NCBI GenBank assembly: GCA_964636085.1
Contig: CAZWPQ010000007.1
Span: forward strand, 42,988-80,043
DNA length: 37,056 nucleotides
Origin: an uncultured Nitrososphaerota archaeon
Lineage (GTDB): Archaea; Asgardarchaeota; Njordarchaeia; Njordarchaeales; Panguiarchaeaceae
Direction: 5' to 3'
Positions 1-9,125 of this stretch are shown piece after piece (positions within the stretch are counted from its first letter, which is position 1; every line of letters starts with the position of its first letter). The notes under the pieces are model-generated. The model was given only the letters and a program-made list of their open reading frames with translations, made no database searches and was not told where the DNA came from. The position numbers and the translations under genes are program-made.

Positions 1-2019
1 AACCGTCCTGTCATCGGAGCCACTATATATGTATTTATCATCCGCAAAAACAGAAAGAACAGAGCCTGTGTGTCCTTTTAGTGTTGCTATTTCTCTGAAT
101 TTACTCCAGTATATTTTTCCATTTATTATCCTATAATTTTTTTCCTTGAGTATTTTTTCCAGGTCTTGTGGGAGTATTTTTAGGCTGTTCGCGGCCTCGT
201 CTAGTGTTTTTCCTAGTATTTCTGTTGTCATTGTTTTTTCTATCCGCTCGATTCTTCCTTTTGGGTACCATATTCCTTCTGTTGTTAGTGATTTTTCAGC
301 TATGTTTTGTAGTAGCCATTCTGTGTCTTCTGGGAGTATTCCCATCTCTACTATTTGTTGTTTTGTTAGCCATGGTTCTTCTTTCAGTTTTCTCCAGATT
401 TCTTCTAGTGTTTGTTTTAAGCGTTGTTTTTCGTAGTAGTGTCCTTTTCTCATTGATCTGTATGCTTTCCGTTCTAGGATTTCTCTTATTGTTTCTGTTT
501 TTGCCGTTATTTCGCGCTGGATTTGTCCTATGGTTGCTATTCCTCTCTCCCTGAGTATTTTCTCTATATGCTCTTCGATTTTCTGTTTGTTTATAGCTTT
601 TGTCCCTATGATCCCATATCCCTTCTCCATTATCTGTTTTGCTAGGTCTTCTATTGGTATTTTTGTTGTTTTTGCTATTGCCTTTAGATCGGCCTCTTCG
701 CTTTCCATTATTTGTTTTTCTATCGCCCTTATTGTTTCTTGGATGTGTTGTTTGTCTATCCATATTCCCTCTTTTTCGGATCTTACCGCTACTTTCTCTA
801 ACGTTTCTCTTATTTGTTGTTTTGGTGCTGGTATTTCTATTTGGTCTTCGCTTATTACTTTGTTTGTTTTTAGGATCTCCACTATCTTTTGTGGGCTCCA
901 TATTATATCTCCCGCCGCTTTATATCCTCTTTTTTGGAGTTCCCGAGCGAGATCTTCTGGGAATATTCTTAGTGTTTTTGCTGTTGTCTTTACCTCTATC
1001 CATCCCTTCGATTTTAGCTGGTTTATTGCTCTTTCTATTGCTTCTTCATAGTGTTTTTTGTGATAGTAGAACCCCTCTCTCTGCGATGCTACTGCGTAGG
1101 GTGCTATGTCTAGTAGGTCGTCTATTTCTTCTTTTGGTATTCCTGTCTCTCTTTCTAGTATTCCTATTCCCGCTACTCCAAGTCTTATTAGTGCCTGTTC
1201 TATGTCGAGTTTTTCTGGGGTTTCCTCCGGTGTTGGCTGTGGTGTTGGTATTGCCTCTGTCTCCATTAGTTCCGCTTTTGTTTCTGGTACCTCTATGGTT
1301 AGTTCTTTTATTAGTTCGTCTATTGTCTGGTATCTCTCGTCTGGATCCTCCCTCAGGCATTTCGATACTATTTTTCTTAAGTATTCTGGCGTTCTCTTAT
1401 ACGCCAATACTATTGGTTTTTCTCCCTCAATTATCTCATAGAATAGTATCCCTAGTTGGTATATGTCCGTTCTATCATCAATCCTTGATATGTCGCCAAG
1501 TTTTTGTTCTGGTGCCCCATATCCTGGAGTGTATTGCATAACATTATCGTCCTCTGTGAGTATTATTGCTTCTTCCCAGTCGCTTAGTTTTGGTATGTTT
1601 GCTTCATCGAGCAGTATGTTTTCTGGCTTTATGTCTCCATGTACCACGCCCAGTTCGTGTGCATCTCTCAAAGCGTTTGCTATTCTCAATATTATTCCCT
1701 TAGCCATTCCTGCTGGTAGTCTTTTTCTTTTTTCTAGTATTTGTCTTAGTGTCTTAGGGTAGTACTTTATTATGAATGCTGCGTTTTTCCTATCGTAGGC
1801 TATGAGCTCCGCTATGTTTGGATTCTTCCTTAGTTCTCTCCATACTGCCGCTCTCTTCGCATAGTATTCCAATTCTCTCGGAGTTACTGTGAATGACGGT
1901 GTCTTAACAATGACTTTTTCCCCGTTCATTTCTCCGAGCCATATGCTCCATCTTGGTGATGACGATAGTTTCTTGATGAGTTTAATATTCATCCTTATCA
2001 CTTTGGTGCCCGTACTCAT
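1..2019 (-). CDS. Ser/Thr protein kinase-like domain + tandem winged-helix-like repeats + WD40 repeat(s); runs off the left edge of the window
   Basis: Manual translation of the minus strand is open from ATG 2019 (alternative ATG 1992) to position 1. Kinase motifs: VIVK, HGDIKPENILL (H at 1641), DWE in place of DFG, YTPGYGAPEQ, TDIYQLG, CLREDPDERY. Helical repeats follow, then EIATLKGHTGSVLSVFADDKYIYSGSDDRTV (WD40). Absent from the ORF track because the stop lies outside the window. Confidence 0.9.
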   Translation of the reverse strand, partial: MSTGTKVIRMNIKLIKKLSSSPRWSIWLGEMNGEKVIVKTPSFTVTPRELEYYAKRAAVWRELRKNPNIAELIAYDRKNAAFIIKYYPKTLRQILEKRKRLPAGMAKGIILRIANALRDAHELGVVHGDIKPENILLDEANIPKLSDWEEAIILTEDDNVMQYTPGYGAPEQKLGDISRIDDRTDIYQLGILFYEIIEGEKPIVLAYKRTPEYLRKIVSKCLREDPDERYQTIDELIKELTIEVPETKAELMETEAIPTPQPTPEETPEKLDIEQALIRLGVAGIGILERETGIPKEEIDDLLDIAPYAVASQREGFYYHKKHYEEAIERAINQLKSKGWIEVKTTAKTLRIFPEDLARELQKRGYKAAGDIIWSPQKIVEILKTNKVISEDQIEIPAPKQQIRETLEKVAVRSEKEGIWIDKQHIQETIRAIEKQIMESEEADLKAIAKTTKIPIEDLAKQIMEKGYGIIGTKAINKQKIEEHIEKILRERGIATIGQIQREITAKTETIREILERKAYRSMRKGHYYEKQRLKQTLEEIWRKLKEEPWLTKQQIVEMGILPEDTEWLLQNIAEKSLTTEGIWYPKGRIERIEKTMTTEILGKTLDEAANSLKILPQDLEKILKEKNYRIINGKIYWSKFREIATLKGHTGSVLSVFADDKYIYSGSDDRTV

Positions 2020-2273
2020 ATATTCTATTTCAAATAAAAATTTAGTGCTCCATTGTGGCTTTCCATAAAGATTATAGTTCTTGCCTCTAAGTCGTGTGGA
2101 TTAATCTAGAGGATTAATAATCCAAGGAGTTTTTGTGGCTACACTTATTCGATACTAGCCTTTAGGACTTAAAACGGTCTGGGCGGCGTCATTGGGGATA
2201 GATAGGATCCGCATCTTTGATTGTTTGGAATTATAATAAGATAAAAATATAAGTATCTTAGGGGTGTTATGAT

Positions 2274-3134
2274 TTGTCCAAGCAGAGCGTGACAAGTAAG
2301 CTCATAGACCTGATCTGTAGGGATAGGGAACCGATATGTCAGCTTGCAGTTATGCAGTTGGTAGAGACTATGAATAAAACCTGTAGTGAATGCCAGGCCG
2401 ATAGAAGAGTCTTACTATTGGATCCCCTATGTAATGGACGGTTTTACCTATCCTTATTGGTTGAGGCTTCTTTGCCGATAAATGCTCTTCCTAGGGACTG
2501 CTATAAGATCCGGTTGGAGGAGATTAAAAAGATTCTTCTCGGTAAACCCGTCCCTGTTCCGACTTCAGACTCTGTCATCAAATTGAAGGATTTTCTAAGA
2601 ATACTTGCCGATATCACGGGGGATAAAGAGACATACAAAAAAATCGGTGAAGTCCGTAGAAGAGATGATCTCATAGCGATCTGCAGGGAGTTATTATCGA
2701 AGTTGAAGAGTAAGGTATCTTTAGGCGACTCGCTCACCAACAATTTCCTATGTATCATATATTCTGGCGATACACCTATAATATGCCTCATTGATTTTGA
2801 GAGAAGAATAGTCTATGTGAATTTACAATATCGAAAACCTTTCCTATCAATATTGAGGGAACTATCTACACTCCTACTTCGTGATTATGGTCTTCATGGC
2901 GATGTTCTTGAGAGCTCTATGGGTAATACCTACCTAGAAATAGAGATAGATACAAACTTTGATCATTCTTCTTTAGAGTCTTATGGTTTTTCAGGTCTCG
3001 TATCTATTTTGGCGCGGAATGGGAAAAAAATTTTGCTGATTAGGGTCATGGAGAATGGTTCTCCTGTATTGTCATATTCCAAAATATTGGATATTATCCG
3101 TTTTATAGGAGAGAAGCATGGCGAGAAACAATAG
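2274..3134 (+). CDS. Hypothetical protein (286 aa), N-terminal part Cys-rich
   Basis: Long ORF with TTG start preceded by GGGGTG (2261-2266). Overlaps the next gene by 17 nt. No family recognised. Confidence 0.75.
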   Translation: MSKQSVTSKLIDLICRDREPICQLAVMQLVETMNKTCSECQADRRVLLLDPLCNGRFYLSLLVEASLPINALPRDCYKIRLEEIKKILLGKPVPVPTSDSVIKLKDFLRILADITGDKETYKKIGEVRRRDDLIAICRELLSKLKSKVSLGDSLTNNFLCIIYSGDTPIICLIDFERRIVYVNLQYRKPFLSILRELSTLLLRDYGLHGDVLESSMGNTYLEIEIDTNFDHSSLESYGFSGLVSILARNGKKILLIRVMENGSPVLSYSKILDIIRFIGEKHGEKQ

Positions 3135-6100
3135 GATCAAGAGCATTATATACGATTTTCTTCTAAGGTCTGGATGCCTCGACCTCCAGACAATTTCGCT
3201 GGCCCTTAACATAGATAGCAATGTCGCCAAAAGGGTTATCAATGGTATGTTGAAAGAAAACCTCGTCACTAAGATAGGTACATCAAACTACTATACAGTC
3301 CTACCGAACTCACTGGGTGTTTTTAATAATTTTAAAGTAATAGAAAACAACATCTCTACTTTAATAAAACAATCAAAAGATGGGATCGAATCAATTGAAA
3401 AAACCCTCACAAATATATCTGAGGAAATAACATCTGGAGTTATCGACTCCCTACGTTCACCAATTCAAAATGTTTTGGATACTACCACAAACATCGCAAC
3501 AGATTTGGACAGAGAAGCAGAATCGCTGACTTCCTCCATGAATTCAATTTTAAATAACCTATCACAAATTCTAAATGACATAAGGTTCTTATCTAAAAGC
3601 ATCGATAATATAAACACAAATACGGCGACTATTTTGGCAACCACACTCGACAAAATTGGATCTGGGATTTCTGGCGAAATCAATGATTTTCTTTCTAAAT
3701 TGTCTGAGTCTTTTCTTGCAGTACGCGAATATGCCACATCCTTAATCTCAAACTACAAAGCAGAGATCAATAATGCCTTTGACCAAACCAAGAACAATAT
3801 AGTACAACAATTGGAGAATGTAACAAAAGCATTGGATCAAATGTTTAATTTCCTTAAAAGCGAAATATCTGCCCTAAGGGACAATTACAATGATTTAACC
3901 ATAAAACTATCGGGCTACATATCGGATCTAAAAGATGACCTACTTGAACAGGTAGGCGTAATCGCTAATTCCCTCACCAAGCACTCCATGGACGCTATAA
4001 ATAGCATCATTTCCGACCATATTAACTTAGTAATTGGGTATCTTGGACACCTCCGTGCCAAGAGCGGTGATGAACTACCAGTGATCAAAAATAATGTTCT
4101 CTCAAAAATGGAAAATATTAGACAGTCATACTCTCAACTCATACAAGAATTTATCAACGGATTATATCGAAGCTTGGACATGCATTATAAATCTATATCG
4201 TCACATATTACGGAAATAAAAAATGTAATTTCTGACGCCAAGACGAATACTGAGAATACAACAAATAGCGTCATAAATTCTTATCTATCAACTATTAGAC
4301 ACGAAACTAACAAAACTAATGAGACCATTTTTGGGCTCTTAGAAAATAAGCTTCTTCCATTGACACAAGGCATAATAGCATCTGCTGAGGGAATTACGAA
4401 TGTATCCAACCTGATAAAGTCCACTAGTAAGAATTTATTTTCTTCCCTTAATTCTCACGCCAGTGGTGTCTATCAGAAAATATCTACCGATCTTGAAAAG
4501 GTCAATAATATTATCTCGGATAAATTGGCTACAATGGAGAAGAATATAGATTTTGGCTTAAAAGATTTTGAAAAAACGTTTTCAATCGAAAGTTTTATAG
4601 ACCTATTGAGAAATTCGCTTGAATCCGCAATGAGTCCAATGTTTGATCGACTTATTGGTGTTCTAACGGATACCATTAAAGGTGTCTTTGAGGATCTAAA
4701 AACAATGATCAGAGAATACTTGGCTCCAGTATCTACACAACCACAAATGACGAATACGAATCCCAGTAACAAGGATTTAATACCTAAAGGAAACCCAGAT
4801 CATAATTCCAGTGAAGCTATAGACCTAAATAATAATAAGGAAATCTTTGGACTTGTAGAGGGTAAAATTGAAGAAAAACTAAAATTTTTATCCACCATTC
4901 TGTCAAGAGAGATAAACTCTATAAAGAAGAGCATGTCAAATGTTATCCTAAATGCGACTAAGACTACCCTAGAGAAGATTAGAAATGACACTATCAATTT
5001 AATATCCAACACCAAGACTAAAATTATAAATGATGTTATCTGGCTAGGGTCTGAATTAGGGGCCCGAGTGAGGATAATACTTGACAGAACGCAGTCACTC
5101 ATAAATGATTTTAGAGAGATAATCCAAAGAAACATTGAGAATATGGATAAACAAATAGTTTCATTCATATCCTCCAAGACAAGAGATATAATTGAGACTG
5201 GAAATGCATTGTCAAGCGTCATTAATGATATCAAAAATGAGGCCACGAGTAGCATATTATCACTGATAGATTCCCTAGATAAAGAATTCAAGAATAGCAT
5301 AAATACTTTAAGGACATCTATTTTGACTAGCATAGATCGGGTATTGGAACTAACAGAGACACTAAGATCTGCTATAGATGCCAACTACAATGACCTTAAG
5401 AACAATATTAGAGATCATTCATCTCTAACTTCAGCAAAGTTTGGGAATAGTCTTGATAAATATGTCACGGAGGTTAACCAACTAATTGATGAATATCGCA
5501 ATTCAATCGACAACATGGCAAAGGATATCACAGAAAAAGTAACAAATCTTGCTCCAGCAATATTAAACCAGATCGAGGACACCGTATCAAAGATCCATAG
5601 TGAGGCTATGGATCAGCTTCACGCCAGTATTGACTCCACAATTAGTAGAATAGAGTCGGATTACGAGACAGGCAAGAGTAATATATTAGAACTTATCGAC
5701 TCCGTCTACGAAAATATTAACAACAGATTACAAGAACAAATCAAATATTCAAGATCGATTTCAAATGCCGTATCAGAATTCCTTGTTGGGAGCATCCATA
5801 AGTATCAGGAATCCACGAATTCTATGGAGAAAAACCTTGTGGATAAATTGGCCGAATTTAAGGAGACACTCACATCAAGCCTCTTAAGTAGACACAAAAC
5901 ATCGATCGAAACCATAGAATCCATAATTAATGATTGTAGTGAATCTATAACCAAACTACTAAAGCCTACTGTAGAGCTTATTTCCAACCTCTTGAACAAA
6001 ATTAAGGATGAAATAGAGGAACCCTATAGGAACCTATCAGCGTCGATATCTAAACTAATAAACAACTATCGAACCAGACTGTCAAGGCTTGCAGAATCCA

Positions 6101-6657
6101 CCGAGGAAAACATGAAAACATCCTTTGATTTGTTAAGGAATTATATAACTGAAAAAACCGTCGTCATCAGAAAAGCTATACTTGATTTTTCCGGGAAGAA
6201 TGAAGAGAGTCTAAATAACTTATTAGTGGACATAAATAGTACAAAGGATCAGCTTCTCAATTCCATAGGAGATTTCGTGAAGTCGGTGCAATCACGACCA
6301 ACAAGCGTATTTGTCTTCTATGGAGCCGAAGCAGTATATGCCGCCATTAGATCTATGATATCTAGAGCATCAAGATCTGTGTCAATAATTACTAGGGTTG
6401 TTGATAAGCCCCTATGTGAGATTATAAAAACCATAGACCCTAGCATACTAATTGAGGCTTATTGCAGTACATATGAAGAAACTCCACCATTGAATGTAAG
6501 TATTATTCCGCTTCAGGGAATCCCACAATCGATTATACTAGTATCCACCGATAATGATGGTTTACTATTAGTCGTTAGAAATAAAACTGGTGAGTATATC
6601 GGTGTTGTCTTTGAGGATGTACCTCTCGACGAATTTCTACGTAATCTTCTTAAATAA
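3118..6657 (+). CDS. TrmB-like regulator: N-terminal wHTH, ~1000-aa amphipathic helical/coiled-coil region, C-terminal PLD-like (TrmB effector) domain
   Basis: N-terminus IYDFLLRSGCLDLQTISLALNIDSNVAKRVINGMLKENLVTKIG..YYTVLP fits a TrmB wHTH. C-terminus VFVFYGAEAVYAAIRSMISRASRSVSII fits the start of a TrmB/PLD-like domain. The middle is helical and rich in I/L/S/N/E/K. Confidence 0.75.
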   Translation: MARNNRIKSIIYDFLLRSGCLDLQTISLALNIDSNVAKRVINGMLKENLVTKIGTSNYYTVLPNSLGVFNNFKVIENNISTLIKQSKDGIESIEKTLTNISEEITSGVIDSLRSPIQNVLDTTTNIATDLDREAESLTSSMNSILNNLSQILNDIRFLSKSIDNINTNTATILATTLDKIGSGISGEINDFLSKLSESFLAVREYATSLISNYKAEINNAFDQTKNNIVQQLENVTKALDQMFNFLKSEISALRDNYNDLTIKLSGYISDLKDDLLEQVGVIANSLTKHSMDAINSIISDHINLVIGYLGHLRAKSGDELPVIKNNVLSKMENIRQSYSQLIQEFINGLYRSLDMHYKSISSHITEIKNVISDAKTNTENTTNSVINSYLSTIRHETNKTNETIFGLLENKLLPLTQGIIASAEGITNVSNLIKSTSKNLFSSLNSHASGVYQKISTDLEKVNNIISDKLATMEKNIDFGLKDFEKTFSIESFIDLLRNSLESAMSPMFDRLIGVLTDTIKGVFEDLKTMIREYLAPVSTQPQMTNTNPSNKDLIPKGNPDHNSSEAIDLNNNKEIFGLVEGKIEEKLKFLSTILSREINSIKKSMSNVILNATKTTLEKIRNDTINLISNTKTKIINDVIWLGSELGARVRIILDRTQSLINDFREIIQRNIENMDKQIVSFISSKTRDIIETGNALSSVINDIKNEATSSILSLIDSLDKEFKNSINTLRTSILTSIDRVLELTETLRSAIDANYNDLKNNIRDHSSLTSAKFGNSLDKYVTEVNQLIDEYRNSIDNMAKDITEKVTNLAPAILNQIEDTVSKIHSEAMDQLHASIDSTISRIESDYETGKSNILELIDSVYENINNRLQEQIKYSRSISNAVSEFLVGSIHKYQESTNSMEKNLVDKLAEFKETLTSSLLSRHKTSIETIESIINDCSESITKLLKPTVELISNLLNKIKDEIEEPYRNLSASISKLINNYRTRLSRLAESTEENMKTSFDLLRNYITEKTVVIRKAILDFSGKNEESLNNLLVDINSTKDQLLNSIGDFVKSVQSRPTSVFVFYGAEAVYAAIRSMISRASRSVSIITRVVDKPLCEIIKTIDPSILIEAYCSTYEETPPLNVSIIPLQGIPQSIILVSTDNDGLLLVVRNKTGEYIGVVFEDVPLDEFLRNLLK

Positions 6658-6678
6658 TTTCCGCACCATATTCATAGA

Positions 6679-7290
6679 TTATCTGAATTCTGAAAATGTG
6701 TTAAGAATTGTCTTTATAATACCTTTCTTGTTTAGTTCAGCTTTTATTATGTTTATCCAGTCTGTGAGCCCGATCATGCTTCTTACTTCTTGGGGTTGTC
6801 TAAAGTAATAATCTTTTATAACTCTCTGGGCGACATCGTCAGTAATTATCTTCGCAAGACATCTTTCTATTTTTCTCCTAAATATTGGATGGAAATGTTT
6901 GATAATTGGTATGTATCCCCTATATTGTTCCATGGCCTCCCTCAGTATATTCTTATATATCTGGGAGATAATGTTGGATATTCTAGAGTATAAATAAATC
7001 TCCTTTTGTAGACAGATTATATCGTATTCTTTGATTCCTATCTCTCTTAAGACTTTTTCTATCATGGACTCGAACATTGCGAGATTTGTATCCTTAATTT
7101 TCATCACAACATATGTTGGTTTCCCACAATACAAGTATAAATAATCCTTGGATTTCTTATACTGGCGTATCAAATACAGCACTGGATGTCTATAGGTTAC
7201 CTCAATTTCTCCCTCTATATCGAGCTGCTCCCCAACCTCTTTTGGGATTTTTATGGTTACTCTTGATATGAAGGCTATTTTCTTAGTCAT
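6679..7290 (-). CDS. Hypothetical protein (203 aa), possible AbrB/SpoVT-like N-terminus
   Basis: ORF overlaps the upstream Nudix stop by 8 nt. VTIKIPKEVGEQLDIEGEIEV resembles the AbrB pattern (weak). Confidence 0.65.
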   Translation of the reverse strand: MTKKIAFISRVTIKIPKEVGEQLDIEGEIEVTYRHPVLYLIRQYKKSKDYLYLYCGKPTYVVMKIKDTNLAMFESMIEKVLREIGIKEYDIICLQKEIYLYSRISNIISQIYKNILREAMEQYRGYIPIIKHFHPIFRRKIERCLAKIITDDVAQRVIKDYYFRQPQEVRSMIGLTDWINIIKAELNKKGIIKTILNTFSEFR

Positions 7291-7828
7291 GTTTCTTTCT
7301 CTTCATAAGCTCAAAAAATAGGACTGCCAAGATAGTTTTAGCATCAGTAATCTTGCCATCTTGAATCATTTGTAGCAGTTCTCCATATCCTAATTTTACC
7401 ACTTCTATTGCTTCATGTTCCTCTAAATGCTGGCCAACATATTGCAAGTTATACGCCACATATAAGTGTATCCTTTCATCACTATAGCCAGGCGATAAGT
7501 AACAGGAGACTAACTTCTCCAGTTTTTTTGGAGTATATCCTATCTCCTCCTCTAGTTCTCTTATACATGTAGATTCTGGATCCTCACCCCGCTCTATTTT
7601 TCCTGCTGGAATCTCATAGACCCATCCTCCAACAGGCCCCCTAAACTGTCTTATTAGTATAACAGTATCCATATCCAAAAATGGCAGGACAGCCACACTT
7701 TCGCCAAATTTTATCACCTCGTGGAATGTATCCTTTCCTCTAATCCTTAGTAGAAGTTTACTCAAATTTATTTTCCTTCCCCTATATATGTTCTCCTCGC
7801 CTAGAATTTCTACACTACTTTCCTGCAT
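7283..7828 (-). CDS. nudF: Nudix hydrolase, ADP-ribose pyrophosphatase-like
   Basis: Nudix box GKIERGEDPESTCIRELEEEIGY, plus IRQFR, YLSPGYSDE and ITDAKT. Start probably ATG 7828 (or 7840) rather than 7888, which would overlap hutI. Confidence 0.85.
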   Translation of the reverse strand: MQESSVEILGEENIYRGRKINLSKLLLRIRGKDTFHEVIKFGESVAVLPFLDMDTVILIRQFRGPVGGWVYEIPAGKIERGEDPESTCIRELEEEIGYTPKKLEKLVSCYLSPGYSDERIHLYVAYNLQYVGQHLEEHEAIEVVKLGYGELLQMIQDGKITDAKTILAVLFFELMKRKKHD

Positions 7829-7850
7829 TCTTATCCCCATGTTTTTATAG

Positions 7851-9125
7851 CTATTTACATTTTTTAACGATGGTTCCTCTCTCAACAACGAGCTTGCCGT
7901 CTTTTATTACATACTCTACACAATTATGGCCGAAAACATAGCCTATATGCATATGATTTGGTACATCGATAATTATTATGTCTGCTTTCTTTCCAACTTC
8001 TATACTACCTACTTCTCTTGCTTTTCCTATCGCATGAGCTGCGTTTATTGTTGACGCCGATATAGCCTCAGCGGGCGTCAGCTTTAAGAAATATACCGCT
8101 AGGGTTATTATGAACTGCATGTTCATTACCCAACAGTTAGGATTAAGATCCGTTGCCAACGCAATCGGTATACCCATTTCGATCATTTTTCTAGCATCTG
8201 CAAACTTACACTGCATCAACACCATGGATGTTGCTGGCAGTAATATTCCTATGACCCCCTTCTGTGCCATTAATTTTAGGCCCTGCTCGGAGGAGTTAAG
8301 TAAATGATCTGCCGATATAGCTCCAACCTCAGCCGCCAGTGCTGCGCCCCCTAGATCATTGAATTCATCCGCATGTATCTTTGGTATCAAACCATATCTC
8401 TTCCCAGCTTCTAGAATTTCCCTGCCCTGTTCTATTGTAAATACGTTCTTCTCGACAAATACATCGTTAAATGTTGCCAAGCCATCCTTCGCGACTCTTG
8501 GAATCATATCATTAATTATCATTTCCACATATCCATCGGGGTTATCACGAAATTCTGGGGGAATTGCATGAGCACCAAGAAATGTTGAGATTACGTCTAT
8601 GGGATGCATTTGATCGAGTTTTTGGTTAACCCTTAGTATTTTCATCTCATTTTCGGTGTCTAAACCATATCCACTCTTAGCCTCTAGAGTCGTTGTTCCA
8701 TGGATTAGCGCCACGTCTAACCTTTTTAGGGCTTGGTCAATTAACGCTTCCTCCGTGGAGCTTCTAGTTAACCTTACGGTCTTCAGTATGCCGCCTCCCC
8801 TCCTAAGGATCTCCAAGTATGACATACCCTCTAGCTTCTGTGTTAGCTCCTCTTCACGCGAACCCGCAAACACCAAATGAGTATGAGGGTCTATAAAGCC
8901 AGGTAAAACGATCTTGCCTTCCGCATCTATCTTAATTGCCGAGTCATATTTCTTTAAGATTTCCCTTGATTTTCCAACATCGAGAATTTTGCCTTCAAGA
9001 ATAGCTATCGCCCCATTTCTGATAATGTTTAGTTGCCTCAACTCTTCTGCTATTTTAGGTCTGTTGGAATTCCCAGCCAGTGTTACTATTTCATTAGCAT
9101 TATATATTATTATATCTACATGCAC
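7851..9125 (-). CDS. hutI: Imidazolonepropionase
   Basis: PGFIDPHTHLVFAGSR, SYLEILRRGGGILKTV, EAKSGYGL, FLGAHAIP, KIHADE, SADHL, ATDLNP. Confidence 0.95.
   Translation of the reverse strand: MHVDIIIYNANEIVTLAGNSNRPKIAEELRQLNIIRNGAIAILEGKILDVGKSREILKKYDSAIKIDAEGKIVLPGFIDPHTHLVFAGSREEELTQKLEGMSYLEILRRGGGILKTVRLTRSSTEEALIDQALKRLDVALIHGTTTLEAKSGYGLDTENEMKILRVNQKLDQMHPIDVISTFLGAHAIPPEFRDNPDGYVEMIINDMIPRVAKDGLATFNDVFVEKNVFTIEQGREILEAGKRYGLIPKIHADEFNDLGGAALAAEVGAISADHLLNSSEQGLKLMAQKGVIGILLPATSMVLMQCKFADARKMIEMGIPIALATDLNPNCWVMNMQFIITLAVYFLKLTPAEAISASTINAAHAIGKAREVGSIEVGKKADIIIIDVPNHMHIGYVFGHNCVEYVIKDGKLVVERGTIVKKCK

Noticed and set aside
146-1762. Long hydrophobic or Ser-rich + strand ORFs (e.g. 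639..1541, 300 aa) and R/N/K-rich - strand ORFs (296..901, 1046..1360)
   Set aside because: Shadows of the A-rich kinase gene in other frames. Their low-complexity composition is explained by its codon bias.
3118-6657. SMC/Rad50 or methyl-accepting chemotaxis protein call for the 1179-aa protein
   Set aside because: No Walker A/B or signature motif, no zinc hook, no TM segments and no MCP hairpin motif.
7829-7888. N-terminal extension of the Nudix ORF given in the track
   Set aside because: Overlaps hutI by 38 nt; ATG 7828 has a better RBS-like context.
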